From Candidatus Caenarcanum bioreactoricola (lineage in GTDB: Bacteria; Cyanobacteriota; Vampirovibrionia; Caenarcaniphilales; Caenarcanaceae), in NCBI GenBank assembly GCA_001899385.1, contig MOYB01000003.1:1-24000 (forward strand): 24,000 nucleotides of DNA, in the 5' to 3' direction. Positions 15,577-23,498 of the stretch are shown here, piece after piece. Both the position numbers and the translations under genes were made by a program. Each line of letters starts with the position of its first letter. The first letter of the stretch is position 1. The notes beneath the pieces were generated by a model. That model was not told the DNA's origin. It saw only the letters and a program-made list of their open reading frames with translations, and did no database searches.

Positions 15577-16538
15577 TAACTATTTACGATTTTAAGAAGT
15601 TCTTCTGAATTAGTTTCAGTATTATTTCTTCTTTTAACAGGATGAAGCCATATAACTTTTTCTTCTTCTGAAAATTCTCCTAATGGTTGAATCTCTGGTT
15701 GAAGCCAAACATGTTTTCCTGTCCAAATCTGTGTTTGAATAGTATTAATAATATTGCACATATTTTCAGAATTTGCATTCTCTGCATTAAGAATAAAATT
15801 AGCATGTTTTTGTGAAACTTCTGCTCCTCCTATTTTATAACCTTTGAATCCCATTTCATCTATAAGTTTACCAGCAGAATATTTAGGATTAGGATTTCTA
15901 AATATACAACCACAAGAAAATCCTTTAGGTTGTTTACTTTCTCTTTCTTTAGAATAGAACTTCATCTGATTTTGAATTTGAGCCATAGTACCTTGTTTAA
16001 GTCTATATTTTGCTTCAAGTACTATATATCTAGAAGTATCTATTGATGATTTACGATAACCAAATGCAATTTGACTTGGAACTAAGCTTATCATTTCAAG
16101 CTTTTTCGTATCAAATAATACAACTTTTTCTAATATATCTGTAGTGGAATGACCATGAGCACCAGCATTCATAATAACAGCACCACCAACAGTACCAGGT
16201 ATTCCTTCGTAAAATTCACAACCACTTAAACCTAATTGTGAAGTATGAGAAGCAAGCCTAGGAAGTCTAGTACCAGCACCTACAACTATTGTTTCAGGAG
16301 AAGTCTTTGTAATCCATTCCATAGAAGTAGTACAAATAAGAGCGCCCTTTACACCTTTTGATGAAATAAGTACATTAGAGCCTCCGCCTAGAACAGACCA
16401 AGGAATTTTTTTCTCTCTAAGCTCATATATTAAAGAAATAAGTTCATCAGGATTTTCAGGAAAATATACAAATTCCGCTTCTCCACCAATTCTTATGGTA
16501 GTCATATTACTAACACTTATATTTTCTAGCTTATTCAT
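15576..16538 (-). CDS. murB: UDP-N-acetylenolpyruvoylglucosamine reductase MurB
   Basis: FAD-binding motifs T.IRIGG.AE and VLGGGSNVL, GIPGTVGGA..MNAGA, and C-terminal GS.F.NP. Its stop codon overlaps the murG ATG by 1 nt (TAATG). Confidence 0.95.
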   Translation of the reverse strand: MNKLENISVSNMTTIRIGGEAEFVYFPENPDELISLIYELREKKIPWSVLGGGSNVLISSKGVKGALICTTSMEWITKTSPETIVVGAGTRLPRLASHTSQLGLSGCEFYEGIPGTVGGAVIMNAGAHGHSTTDILEKVVLFDTKKLEMISLVPSQIAFGYRKSSIDTSRYIVLEAKYRLKQGTMAQIQNQMKFYSKERESKQPKGFSCGCIFRNPNPKYSAGKLIDEMGFKGYKIGGAEVSQKHANFILNAENANSENMCNIINTIQTQIWTGKHVWLQPEIQPLGEFSEEEKVIWLHPVKRRNNTETNSEELLKIVNS

Positions 16539-16541
16539 CTG

Positions 16542-17894
16542 TTATCCTATCGTTATAGTATTTAGACTTAGATTTTCCTTAAAAAGTTTCCCAATTTTTG
16601 TAATATCACCAGCTCCTAATATTAATAATAAATCATTTTGTTTAAGGCTTTGTAATATAGTTTTTACTATTTCTGAAAAATCATTGCCACAATACTCAAC
16701 TCTTTCTTCAGGCTTTTCATGATTCATTTCATTAACGAGTCTCATGCTGTTAATATTTTCTAAATGTTGACCTCGTGCTAAGTATAAATCAGCTATATAT
16801 AAAATGTCAGCCCCTTTAAAGCAATTTTTAAAGTTTTCCCATAAATCTCTGAGCCTTGTTGGAAGGTGCGGCTGGAAAAGTACTACTAATCGCCCATTCG
16901 AATTTTCTTTTTTTAATAAATCTTTTGCACAATTAATAGCAACTTCTATTTCAGTAGGGTGATGCCCATAATCATCATAGATTTTAATATTTTTAGAAGA
17001 AGTAAAAATATGTTCAAATCGTCTTTTTACTCCATTAAAATCTTTTAAAATATTTAAACAATTATGTTTATTTGCTCCAAAGCTTTCTGCTAAAGTTATT
17101 CCTATTAATGCATTATAACAATTATGTTTACCTTTAAGATTAGGGATTTCTATATTTTTTATTAATTCATCAGCATTTTGCATATAATCAAATGAATTAT
17201 TATGCTTTAAATCATTAACTATTTTTTTTACATTTGGACAATTGCCATTATATAAAAGAAAATTAGCTTTTTTAGCAAATTCCTTGAATTTTGAAATTTG
17301 TATATCAAAAGAATTTTCATAATTTTCCAAATGATCTGGTTCTATATAAGTAATTATTCCATGACTTGGATTGGTTTTTAAGAAACTCTGATCACTTTCA
17401 TCTCCTTCAAATATAAAAATCTCACTATTCTTTTTTAAAGCACTTGAATCTAAGCCTTTTATTTCACCGCCAATTAGCCAAGAAGGATTTAATCCAAGAT
17501 TTTCAAAAAGCCATGCAGTTAATGCCGTAGTAGTAGTTTTACCATGAGTACCTGATATAACAATTTGATATTTGAAATTATTTGCAATACATTGTAATAA
17601 GTCAGATCTATGCCAAATTTTTACATTTTGACTTTGTAAATAAATTAATTCAGGATTATTTTTTTCAATCGCAGTACTAATAACACATACATCAGGTAAT
17701 TCAATTTGTTTTAATTTTTCTACATTATGTGAGATCCAAAGATTGGCTCCTAAAGCAGAAAGTTCTTTTATATTGTTTATTTCATTTTTATCAGAACCAG
17801 AAACTTTGCAATTAGATTGCAAACATATTCTAGCTAAGGGATTCATTCCTGCGCCACCTATTCCAATAAAATGCAAATTTTGGGGCAAATTCAT
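16542..17894 (-). CDS. murC: UDP-N-acetylmuramate--L-alanine ligase MurC
   Basis: HFIGIGGAGM..LA...L..G..V.GSD N-terminal motif, the Mur ligase P-loop GTHGKTTTT, and DDYGHHPTEI. Confidence 0.95.
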   Translation of the reverse strand: MNLPQNLHFIGIGGAGMNPLARICLQSNCKVSGSDKNEINNIKELSALGANLWISHNVEKLKQIELPDVCVISTAIEKNNPELIYLQSQNVKIWHRSDLLQCIANNFKYQIVISGTHGKTTTTALTAWLFENLGLNPSWLIGGEIKGLDSSALKKNSEIFIFEGDESDQSFLKTNPSHGIITYIEPDHLENYENSFDIQISKFKEFAKKANFLLYNGNCPNVKKIVNDLKHNNSFDYMQNADELIKNIEIPNLKGKHNCYNALIGITLAESFGANKHNCLNILKDFNGVKRRFEHIFTSSKNIKIYDDYGHHPTEIEVAINCAKDLLKKENSNGRLVVLFQPHLPTRLRDLWENFKNCFKGADILYIADLYLARGQHLENINSMRLVNEMNHEKPEERVEYCGNDFSEIVKTILQSLKQNDLLLILGAGDITKIGKLFKENLSLNTITIG

Positions 17895-17904
17895 TATTTA
17901 ATTA

Positions 17905-18180
17905 TTATTTTGTAGCCCCTTTTAAATTTTCAATATTTTCTTTAATTAATTTAAATGCTCTACTTTTAAGACGATTAGCTTTGCTTACATTAATTGCTTG
18001 TTGAGAAGTTTGATCAAGTTTTTTATAAATTAAATTTAAATGTTGTTTTAATGAATTTTCATCATTTAATTTTTTAATAGATTTGAAAAGTTGCTTTATT
18101 TCAGCACGTTCTTGTAAATTTCTATTACGATTTCTTTTATTAGTGAGTATATCTTTTTTAGATGCTTTTGTATTTGCCAT
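17905..18180 (-). CDS. rpsT: 30S ribosomal protein S20
   Basis: MANTKASKKDI..N.R.R.RN...R. The N-terminus, size (91 aa) and basic helical composition are typical of S20. It ends 10 nt before the murC ATG. Confidence 0.92.
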   Translation of the reverse strand: MANTKASKKDILTNKRNRNRNLQERAEIKQLFKSIKKLNDENSLKQHLNLIYKKLDQTSQQAINVSKANRLKSRAFKLIKENIENLKGATK

Positions 18181-18280
18181 TACTTTAGAATTTATAAATT
18201 TCAGTTTAAAAATAATACAATAATTAACTTTATATATGCAAGCAAAGCTAATAATTTCTTTTCTATATTAGCTATTTATT

Positions 18281-18841
18281 TTATAAATAATAATTATAAG
18301 TTTCAACAGTCAATGGATGTAGATACCAATTCTTCCGAATTATTTTTTCTATTGTTTTTTTACAAGCTTCTAATACTGCTCCTTTTAATCCTTTTTCTTT
18401 TAATGCCTTATTTATAGGCGTTATCCATTCTTCTTCTCTTGTAGGTTCAATTGCATCTGCAATAAAAATTATTTCTTCGAGAAGACTCATTTTAGGGCGT
18501 CCAAGAGTATGACTTGCTATTGCCATTAAAATATCGTTATTGTTTATCTTAAATTCTTCTTGTGCAATAATAGCACCTACTCTTGCATGCAATAATCTTG
18601 GAGAAAGCTTATCTGCTAAATCTAAGATTTGATTTTTTTCTATAATTTTTTCAATTAAGAATTCATTAGATTCTTCTTTAGCAATATCATGAAGCAAAGC
18701 AGCAATTTGTGCATCTTCAATAGAAGCATTATATTCTTTAGCAAGGATTTCTGCTGTTTTTACTACTGATAAAGTGTGTTCAAATCTTTCCTCTGAAAGT
18801 CTTGTTCTAATTTTTTCTTTTATTTCTTTAAATGTGAACAT
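18281..18841 (-). CDS. yqeK: HD-domain protein YqeK (bis(5'-nucleosyl)-tetraphosphatase family)
   Basis: R.EHTLSV...A..LA..Y......A.IAALLHDIAKE HD motif. Size (186 aa) and layout are those of the YqeK family. Confidence 0.85.
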   Translation of the reverse strand: MFTFKEIKEKIRTRLSEERFEHTLSVVKTAEILAKEYNASIEDAQIAALLHDIAKEESNEFLIEKIIEKNQILDLADKLSPRLLHARVGAIIAQEEFKINNNDILMAIASHTLGRPKMSLLEEIIFIADAIEPTREEEWITPINKALKEKGLKGAVLEACKKTIEKIIRKNWYLHPLTVETYNYYL

Positions 18842-19727
18842 ATTTTAAATTTTCAGAGAATTTAATATCTTCATTTAAGTCATCAATTTGAAAATCAGTA
18901 TAATCTCCAACAGATGTAAAAGAAGAAAGCCTTTTAACATTTGTAAGCATTTTATGAACTGCTTCAGCTAATTCAACAGAATAAGGCTTATCAGCAGTAA
19001 GATGTATTGTTCTAAAAGGTGCTCTAACTTTTTTATTTCCTTTAATTAATACCCTATTCTGATAAATCAAAGATTTTGCTTGGGCAAGTGCTTGTTCAAA
19101 AGTTTGAAATTTTGCTAGATTTGAAAAAGTTTGTTTTCTACTTAAATCTTTTCTGTAAATCTTATCAAGATGCATTTCACCTATAGTACGTAAACCTACA
19201 TTTTCATGAACTGAACTTAAATTAATTCCTCCACAAGGCATAACAAAATAAAGCCATGAAGAAACTTTAGCTATTATTTTTGCAACACTTTCTGCAAAAG
19301 CTAAGTCAGCACCACAACGATAATACAAAGCACCATGTGGACGTACATAGGCTATTTCAATATTTAGATTTTTTGCAATTCCAATTATAAAACTTAATTG
19401 AGAGGTAATACAATATTGTAATTCTTCAAAAACAAAAGGAATTTCTTTTCTTCCAAAATTAACAGGATCTGGATATCCTATATGTGCACCTACTACTAAT
19501 TTTCTTTCTTTTGCCATTCTTAAGGCTTTACTTATACTAGCAAAATCACCAGCATGTCCACCACAAGCAATGTTTACACTTGTTACAAAAGGCAAAATAG
19601 CTTCTTCATTTGCATGTTTATAAATTCCCCAACTTTGAGCTAGATCACAATTAAGATCTATTGTTGGTATATAACCATATTCATTAGTTTCTTGAGGAAT
19701 ATTTGTTTTTTGAATATTTTTTTCCAT
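18828..19727 (-). CDS. pxpA: LamB/YcsF family protein (5-oxoprolinase subunit A-like)
   Basis: DLNCDL..S.G......E..ILP.V...NIACGGHAGD......AL..A......VGAH.GYPD...FGR family signature. It has a C-terminal extension of about 50 aa relative to my memory of typical PxpA. The 3' end overlaps yqeK by 14 nt. Confidence 0.85.
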   Translation of the reverse strand: MEKNIQKTNIPQETNEYGYIPTIDLNCDLAQSWGIYKHANEEAILPFVTSVNIACGGHAGDFASISKALRMAKERKLVVGAHIGYPDPVNFGRKEIPFVFEELQYCITSQLSFIIGIAKNLNIEIAYVRPHGALYYRCGADLAFAESVAKIIAKVSSWLYFVMPCGGINLSSVHENVGLRTIGEMHLDKIYRKDLSRKQTFSNLAKFQTFEQALAQAKSLIYQNRVLIKGNKKVRAPFRTIHLTADKPYSVELAEAVHKMLTNVKRLSSFTSVGDYTDFQIDDLNEDIKFSENLKYVHI

Positions 19728-19779
19728 AAAATTATTATAATTCTTAATTTAATATTTAAGTGCTAAAATTATAAAATCT

Positions 19780-20685
19780 ATGCTAAATATTAAACTTTCA
19801 TTAGCAGTAAATAATTTTTTAGAATATTTAGAGAATCTTGATGCAGATACAAAAAGAGCTTATACTTTAGATCTTAATGCTTTTATTTTAAATTTTGAAG
19901 AAGATATATCTATAAATCAAATAAGTACTAATCATTTAAAAATTTATCTTAATAATCTTAAAACTAAAGATAATAAAAGAGTAAGTGTTTCTACACAGAA
20001 TCGACATTATGCTACTTTAAAACGATTTTTTGATTGGTTGAAAAAAGAAAATTATATTCAAGAAAATTTATTTGAAAATCTAAAAAGGCGTCGTCCTAAC
20101 AAAGATTTAGGCGAAGTCCCAAGTGGAAGTATAATACGTTCGTTAACCCAAGATCAAATTGAACAACTTTTACAAAATCTAAAAGAATTTGAATTAAGAG
20201 AACAAGTCTTATTTTTATTAATTTATACTACGGGTTTACGAATAAGTGAAGCATTAAAATTAAAAATAGAAGATATACAAGAAGATGGGAGCATATTAGT
20301 CCGTTCAACTAAAGGTAATAAACCAAGAAAAACTTTTGTTGGAAAAATTCTTAAACCTCTTTTAAAAAAATATATTTCAAAATTAGAAAAAAATTCATGG
20401 TTATTTCCATCTATAAAACTATCTGCTGAATCAATGAGTTATGGAAGAGCAAGACAGTTATTTACAAAGATTAGTCAAGGAATTAAAAATTATGATGGCT
20501 CAAAAATCACAATTCATCAATTAAGACATACTTTTGCGACTGAACGAGTAGGTTATATTGATTCAATTTTATTAATGGATCTTATGGGGCATTCAGATAT
20601 AAGAACAACTCTTAGATATGCTAAAGCAGATGTTAAAGCCATTAAAAATGCATTTGATGTTTTTGATCAACGAAAATTTAGATAG
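19780..20685 (+). CDS. Tyrosine site-specific recombinase, XerC/XerD-like
   Basis: N-terminal SAM-like core-binding domain. Catalytic residues are in the expected order: TGLRISEAL (Arg), HQLRHTFAT (His-x-x-Arg), and GHSDIRTTLRYAK (His ... Tyr). Confidence 0.8.
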   Translation: MLNIKLSLAVNNFLEYLENLDADTKRAYTLDLNAFILNFEEDISINQISTNHLKIYLNNLKTKDNKRVSVSTQNRHYATLKRFFDWLKKENYIQENLFENLKRRRPNKDLGEVPSGSIIRSLTQDQIEQLLQNLKEFELREQVLFLLIYTTGLRISEALKLKIEDIQEDGSILVRSTKGNKPRKTFVGKILKPLLKKYISKLEKNSWLFPSIKLSAESMSYGRARQLFTKISQGIKNYDGSKITIHQLRHTFATERVGYIDSILLMDLMGHSDIRTTLRYAKADVKAIKNAFDVFDQRKFR

Positions 20686-20687
20686 AT

Positions 20688-21605
20688 TTATTTATGAAGT
20701 ATTGTTTGTAAATTCTTAGCACTCTCTTTATTAATAAAACCCTCTAAAAGACTTATAATAGAATCTCCATCTTCTTCTAAAGAACTACCAACTGCATAAT
20801 AATTTTCATAGAAATTTTTAATTTTAGCTAAATATCCGGAATTTTCAGCTTTACTACCAGCACCTCTATTATAATTTTGAACTAATTCATTAATTCCTAC
20901 TTTTTTATATTGTAATAATTTCTTTAAATAAAACATTACAAAAATAACTGATGCTGTTGGTTTATCTAACATTTCTTTTGTAATAGTTAAACCAAAAGTC
21001 TTCATATCTATTAATGCAGCCTTACCTCCTTGTGCAAAACCCCAAGATTTCTCATCAAAACCTTGTCTTGGATTAAAACTAGATTCTGTTCTAATAATTG
21101 CAAGTATTAATGCTTTAAAAGCTTTACCTTCTTTACTATTTTCATTTATTCCTAATTTTCCGAAAACTTCTGTGATTGCTTGTTGAACTGCTTTATAATT
21201 ATCTTCATATTCAGATTCATTAAATTTAGCTTTTGCTGCTTTTTCTTGAGTTATTTCTTCTCTTTCTTTTTTAGGTTGATTAATTATGTTAGTAGCTAAA
21301 ATAGGAGCAGCTAAAGGTAGTGCAAAAGGAGAAGCCATAAAAGGAACTACAGAAGAAGAGATTACATCTTGTGAGGTTGTTTGGTTTGCCATACAAGCAC
21401 CAAATCTTTCCATTTTTACGTTTAAGGAGTCTGGCTCTCCTTGTATTTTTTTTATACAATTACAACCATGATTTATAATAAATAATCTTTCAAAAACTTT
21501 ATTATCTTGAGGATTATTAGGATTATATGGAATCATTGTCTTAAGAAATTTGTCTTTAGTTAATATATAATTCAATTTGATTAAAATAGTATTAATATAT
21601 CTCAA
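20688..21605 (-). CDS. Membrane-anchored lytic-transglycosylase-like protein (SLT-type motif)
   Basis: AIIRTESSFNP...(x9)..WGFAQ and a downstream NYNRGAG resemble the SLT catalytic E-S, GLMQ and AYNAG motifs. A hydrophobic segment VVPFMASPFALPLAAPILATNII is present. The track start is TTG at 21605. An in-frame ATG at 21536 is an alternative start. Confidence 0.5.
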   Translation of the reverse strand: MRYINTILIKLNYILTKDKFLKTMIPYNPNNPQDNKVFERLFIINHGCNCIKKIQGEPDSLNVKMERFGACMANQTTSQDVISSSVVPFMASPFALPLAAPILATNIINQPKKEREEITQEKAAKAKFNESEYEDNYKAVQQAITEVFGKLGINENSKEGKAFKALILAIIRTESSFNPRQGFDEKSWGFAQGGKAALIDMKTFGLTITKEMLDKPTASVIFVMFYLKKLLQYKKVGINELVQNYNRGAGSKAENSGYLAKIKNFYENYYAVGSSLEEDGDSIISLLEGFINKESAKNLQTILHK

Positions 21606-21693
21606 ATTTTAAAAAAATATATTAAAAAATTACAAAAAAATAAGCTTTATAATGCAAAATATTATATGAGAATTCTTATTTTAATTTTGATCA

Positions 21694-22758
21694 ATGCAGA
21701 AAAATAATTTAAAGAAAAAGATATTTTCGCTTTCTTTTTTTGCTTTATTATTATTAACCTTTTTTACAAGTAGTTGTAGCTTAGGAATTAATGGTGATGC
21801 TGCTTCAAAAAAAGCTGAAAAATATTTAAATACTTATATTTTAAGAAATACCGGAGGAATAACTGCTAAAGCAGCCGGTGTAGATAAAAAAGATGAATTT
21901 TATGAAGTTCAAATTCAAATTCTTAAAGATAATCAGGTAATGGAAAAAGTACCAGTTCTTGTTACTAAAACTGGAAAAACTCTTATTCTTAATCCTCAAC
22001 AGACTCTTATATATAATTTAGATGTATCTCCTGAAGATGCTTTCTTAAAAGCAAGTAAAGAAGCTCAAACAAAGATGCTTAAAAATATTCCTAAAAAAGA
22101 CAAAGTTGAAGTTAAACTATTTGTTATGTCAGGCTGTCCTTTTGGAGTAGAAGCTGAAAATACTTTTTATAAAGTAATTAATCATCTTGGAAAAGATATT
22201 AAAGACCTTGATATTCAAGTAAAATATATTACTTCAAAAGTTAAATTAGAAAATAAAAATCCTAAATATTGTATTGAAAATTATTGTGCAATGCACGGTT
22301 TAGCAGAGATAAAAGAAAATCTTCGTCAAATATGTGTTGCAAATACTGATAAAGATAAATTTTGGGATTATTTAGCTGAATTTAATTCAAAATGTAAGCT
22401 TGATGAAAAAGCTGAATCTTGTGCTAATGAAATTATAAAAGCTAAAGCTATTGATGCACAAAAAATTGTAGATTGTATGAAAGCTCCTGTAGATTTATTT
22501 GAAAAAGATTTTCAGGAAAGTACAAAGTATGAAGCAACTGCTTCTCCTACAGTCATAATTAATGGTGCTAAATATGAAGGTATGAGAACTCCTAATGCTA
22601 TTTTAGAAGCAATGTGTGCAGGTTATAAAAATGCTCCTGCTATTTGCAAGCAAAAAATAAAAGATGGAGATAAAATCCCTGAAGCAGGAAATGCTTCTTG
22701 TGGAGCAAGTCCAGCTCCTGTAGCGGTACCTACAAAAGATGCCCCTGAAACAAAATAA
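21694..22758 (+). CDS. Thioredoxin-fold lipoprotein, GILT/DsbA-like with a CxxG motif
   Basis: Signal peptide with lipobox-like FFTSSC (Cys28). The thioredoxin-type strand-motif VKLFVMSGCPFG has its Cys148 codon at 22135-22137. YCAMHGLAEIKENLRQIC matches the GILT signature HG-x2-E-x3-N-x4-C. Confidence 0.6.
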   Translation: MQKNNLKKKIFSLSFFALLLLTFFTSSCSLGINGDAASKKAEKYLNTYILRNTGGITAKAAGVDKKDEFYEVQIQILKDNQVMEKVPVLVTKTGKTLILNPQQTLIYNLDVSPEDAFLKASKEAQTKMLKNIPKKDKVEVKLFVMSGCPFGVEAENTFYKVINHLGKDIKDLDIQVKYITSKVKLENKNPKYCIENYCAMHGLAEIKENLRQICVANTDKDKFWDYLAEFNSKCKLDEKAESCANEIIKAKAIDAQKIVDCMKAPVDLFEKDFQESTKYEATASPTVIINGAKYEGMRTPNAILEAMCAGYKNAPAICKQKIKDGDKIPEAGNASCGASPAPVAVPTKDAPETK

Positions 22759-23332
22759 AAGAAATCAATCTAAAAAGATCCTGTCTAATCTTAATTTACA
22801 GGATCTTTCTTTTTTTATTAGTGAAAAAATAATTCAATGGGAAAGCTTTCTTAACGCACAAAATATATTATTTTACTGGGCGATGAAAGATGAAATATCT
22901 CTCTATACAGTAATAGAACAAGCTTTATACCTAAAGAAAAATTGTTTTTTACCAATAATAAAAGATAATGAATTATATATTTCAAAACTTAATAATTTAG
23001 ATGAAGTTTTGAAGAAAAATATATTAGGTTTTTATGAAATAGAAAATAATTTTCCTAATGATTATAATAAAATATCTGAGATTTTAGATTTAATCTTTGT
23101 TCCGGCATTATGTTTTGATAAAAAAGGTAATAGATTAGGTCGAGGTAAAGGTTTTTATGATAAATTTTTTGTGAATATATCTAGGCAAAATATTATAACT
23201 ACTGGAATTATTCCAGATATATTATTATTTTCTGATTTAGATTTTATTGATCCTTGGGATCAAAAAGTTGATTATATAATAACGGAAAAAAAATTAATGG
23301 GGAGTTTATACCAAAAAGTGATCATTAGCTAA
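22739..23332 (+). CDS. 5-formyltetrahydrofolate cyclo-ligase
   Basis: Family pattern ...FLP......L........GF.EI.......DLIFVPAL.FD..GNRLGRGKGFYD.F ... D.WD.KVDYIITE. The ATG overlaps the upstream gene by 20 nt. Confidence 0.85.
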   Translation: MPLKQNKRNQSKKILSNLNLQDLSFFISEKIIQWESFLNAQNILFYWAMKDEISLYTVIEQALYLKKNCFLPIIKDNELYISKLNNLDEVLKKNILGFYEIENNFPNDYNKISEILDLIFVPALCFDKKGNRLGRGKGFYDKFFVNISRQNIITTGIIPDILLFSDLDFIDPWDQKVDYIITEKKLMGSLYQKVIIS

Positions 23333-23340
23333 CAAATAGA

Positions 23341-23484
23341 TTTCTTGAAGAAACCCCCTTCACCCCCTTAACAGGGGGAATCTAAAGGATATAAGTCTAA
23401 AATGGGGCTTGTCGCCCCAAGCCCCACAAAACTACAAGCTCAATCTCCCCCTGTTAAGGGGGTTGGGGGGTTTCTAAAAAGAAA
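23341..23484. repeat. GC-rich nested palindromic element (MITE/REP-like) between convergent genes
   Basis: The left arm 23349-23379 (AGAAACCCCCTTCACCCCCTTAACAGGGGGA) pairs with the right arm 23446-23475 (TCCCCCTGTTAAGGGGGTTGGGGGGTTTCT). There is an outer 6-bp extension (23341-23346 with 23479-23484). Each arm contains its own CCCCC-N6-GGGGG hairpin. A central 9-bp hairpin pairs TGGGGCTTG (23403-23411) with CAAGCCCCA (23418-23426). Confidence 0.8.
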
Positions 23485-23498
23485 ATTTAGTTAATTTC

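Noticed and set aside
19728-21693. Prophage or integrative element around the tyrosine recombinase
   Set aside because: No flanking direct repeats, tRNA target, phage structural genes or conjugation genes are visible. The neighbours on both sides are ordinary chromosomal genes.
23341-23484. GC-rich island considered as a tRNA or other small RNA gene
   Set aside because: No cloverleaf (acceptor/D/anticodon/T arms) can be drawn. The sequence is dominated by one long inverted repeat. It is kept as a repeat/structured element rather than called as an RNA gene.
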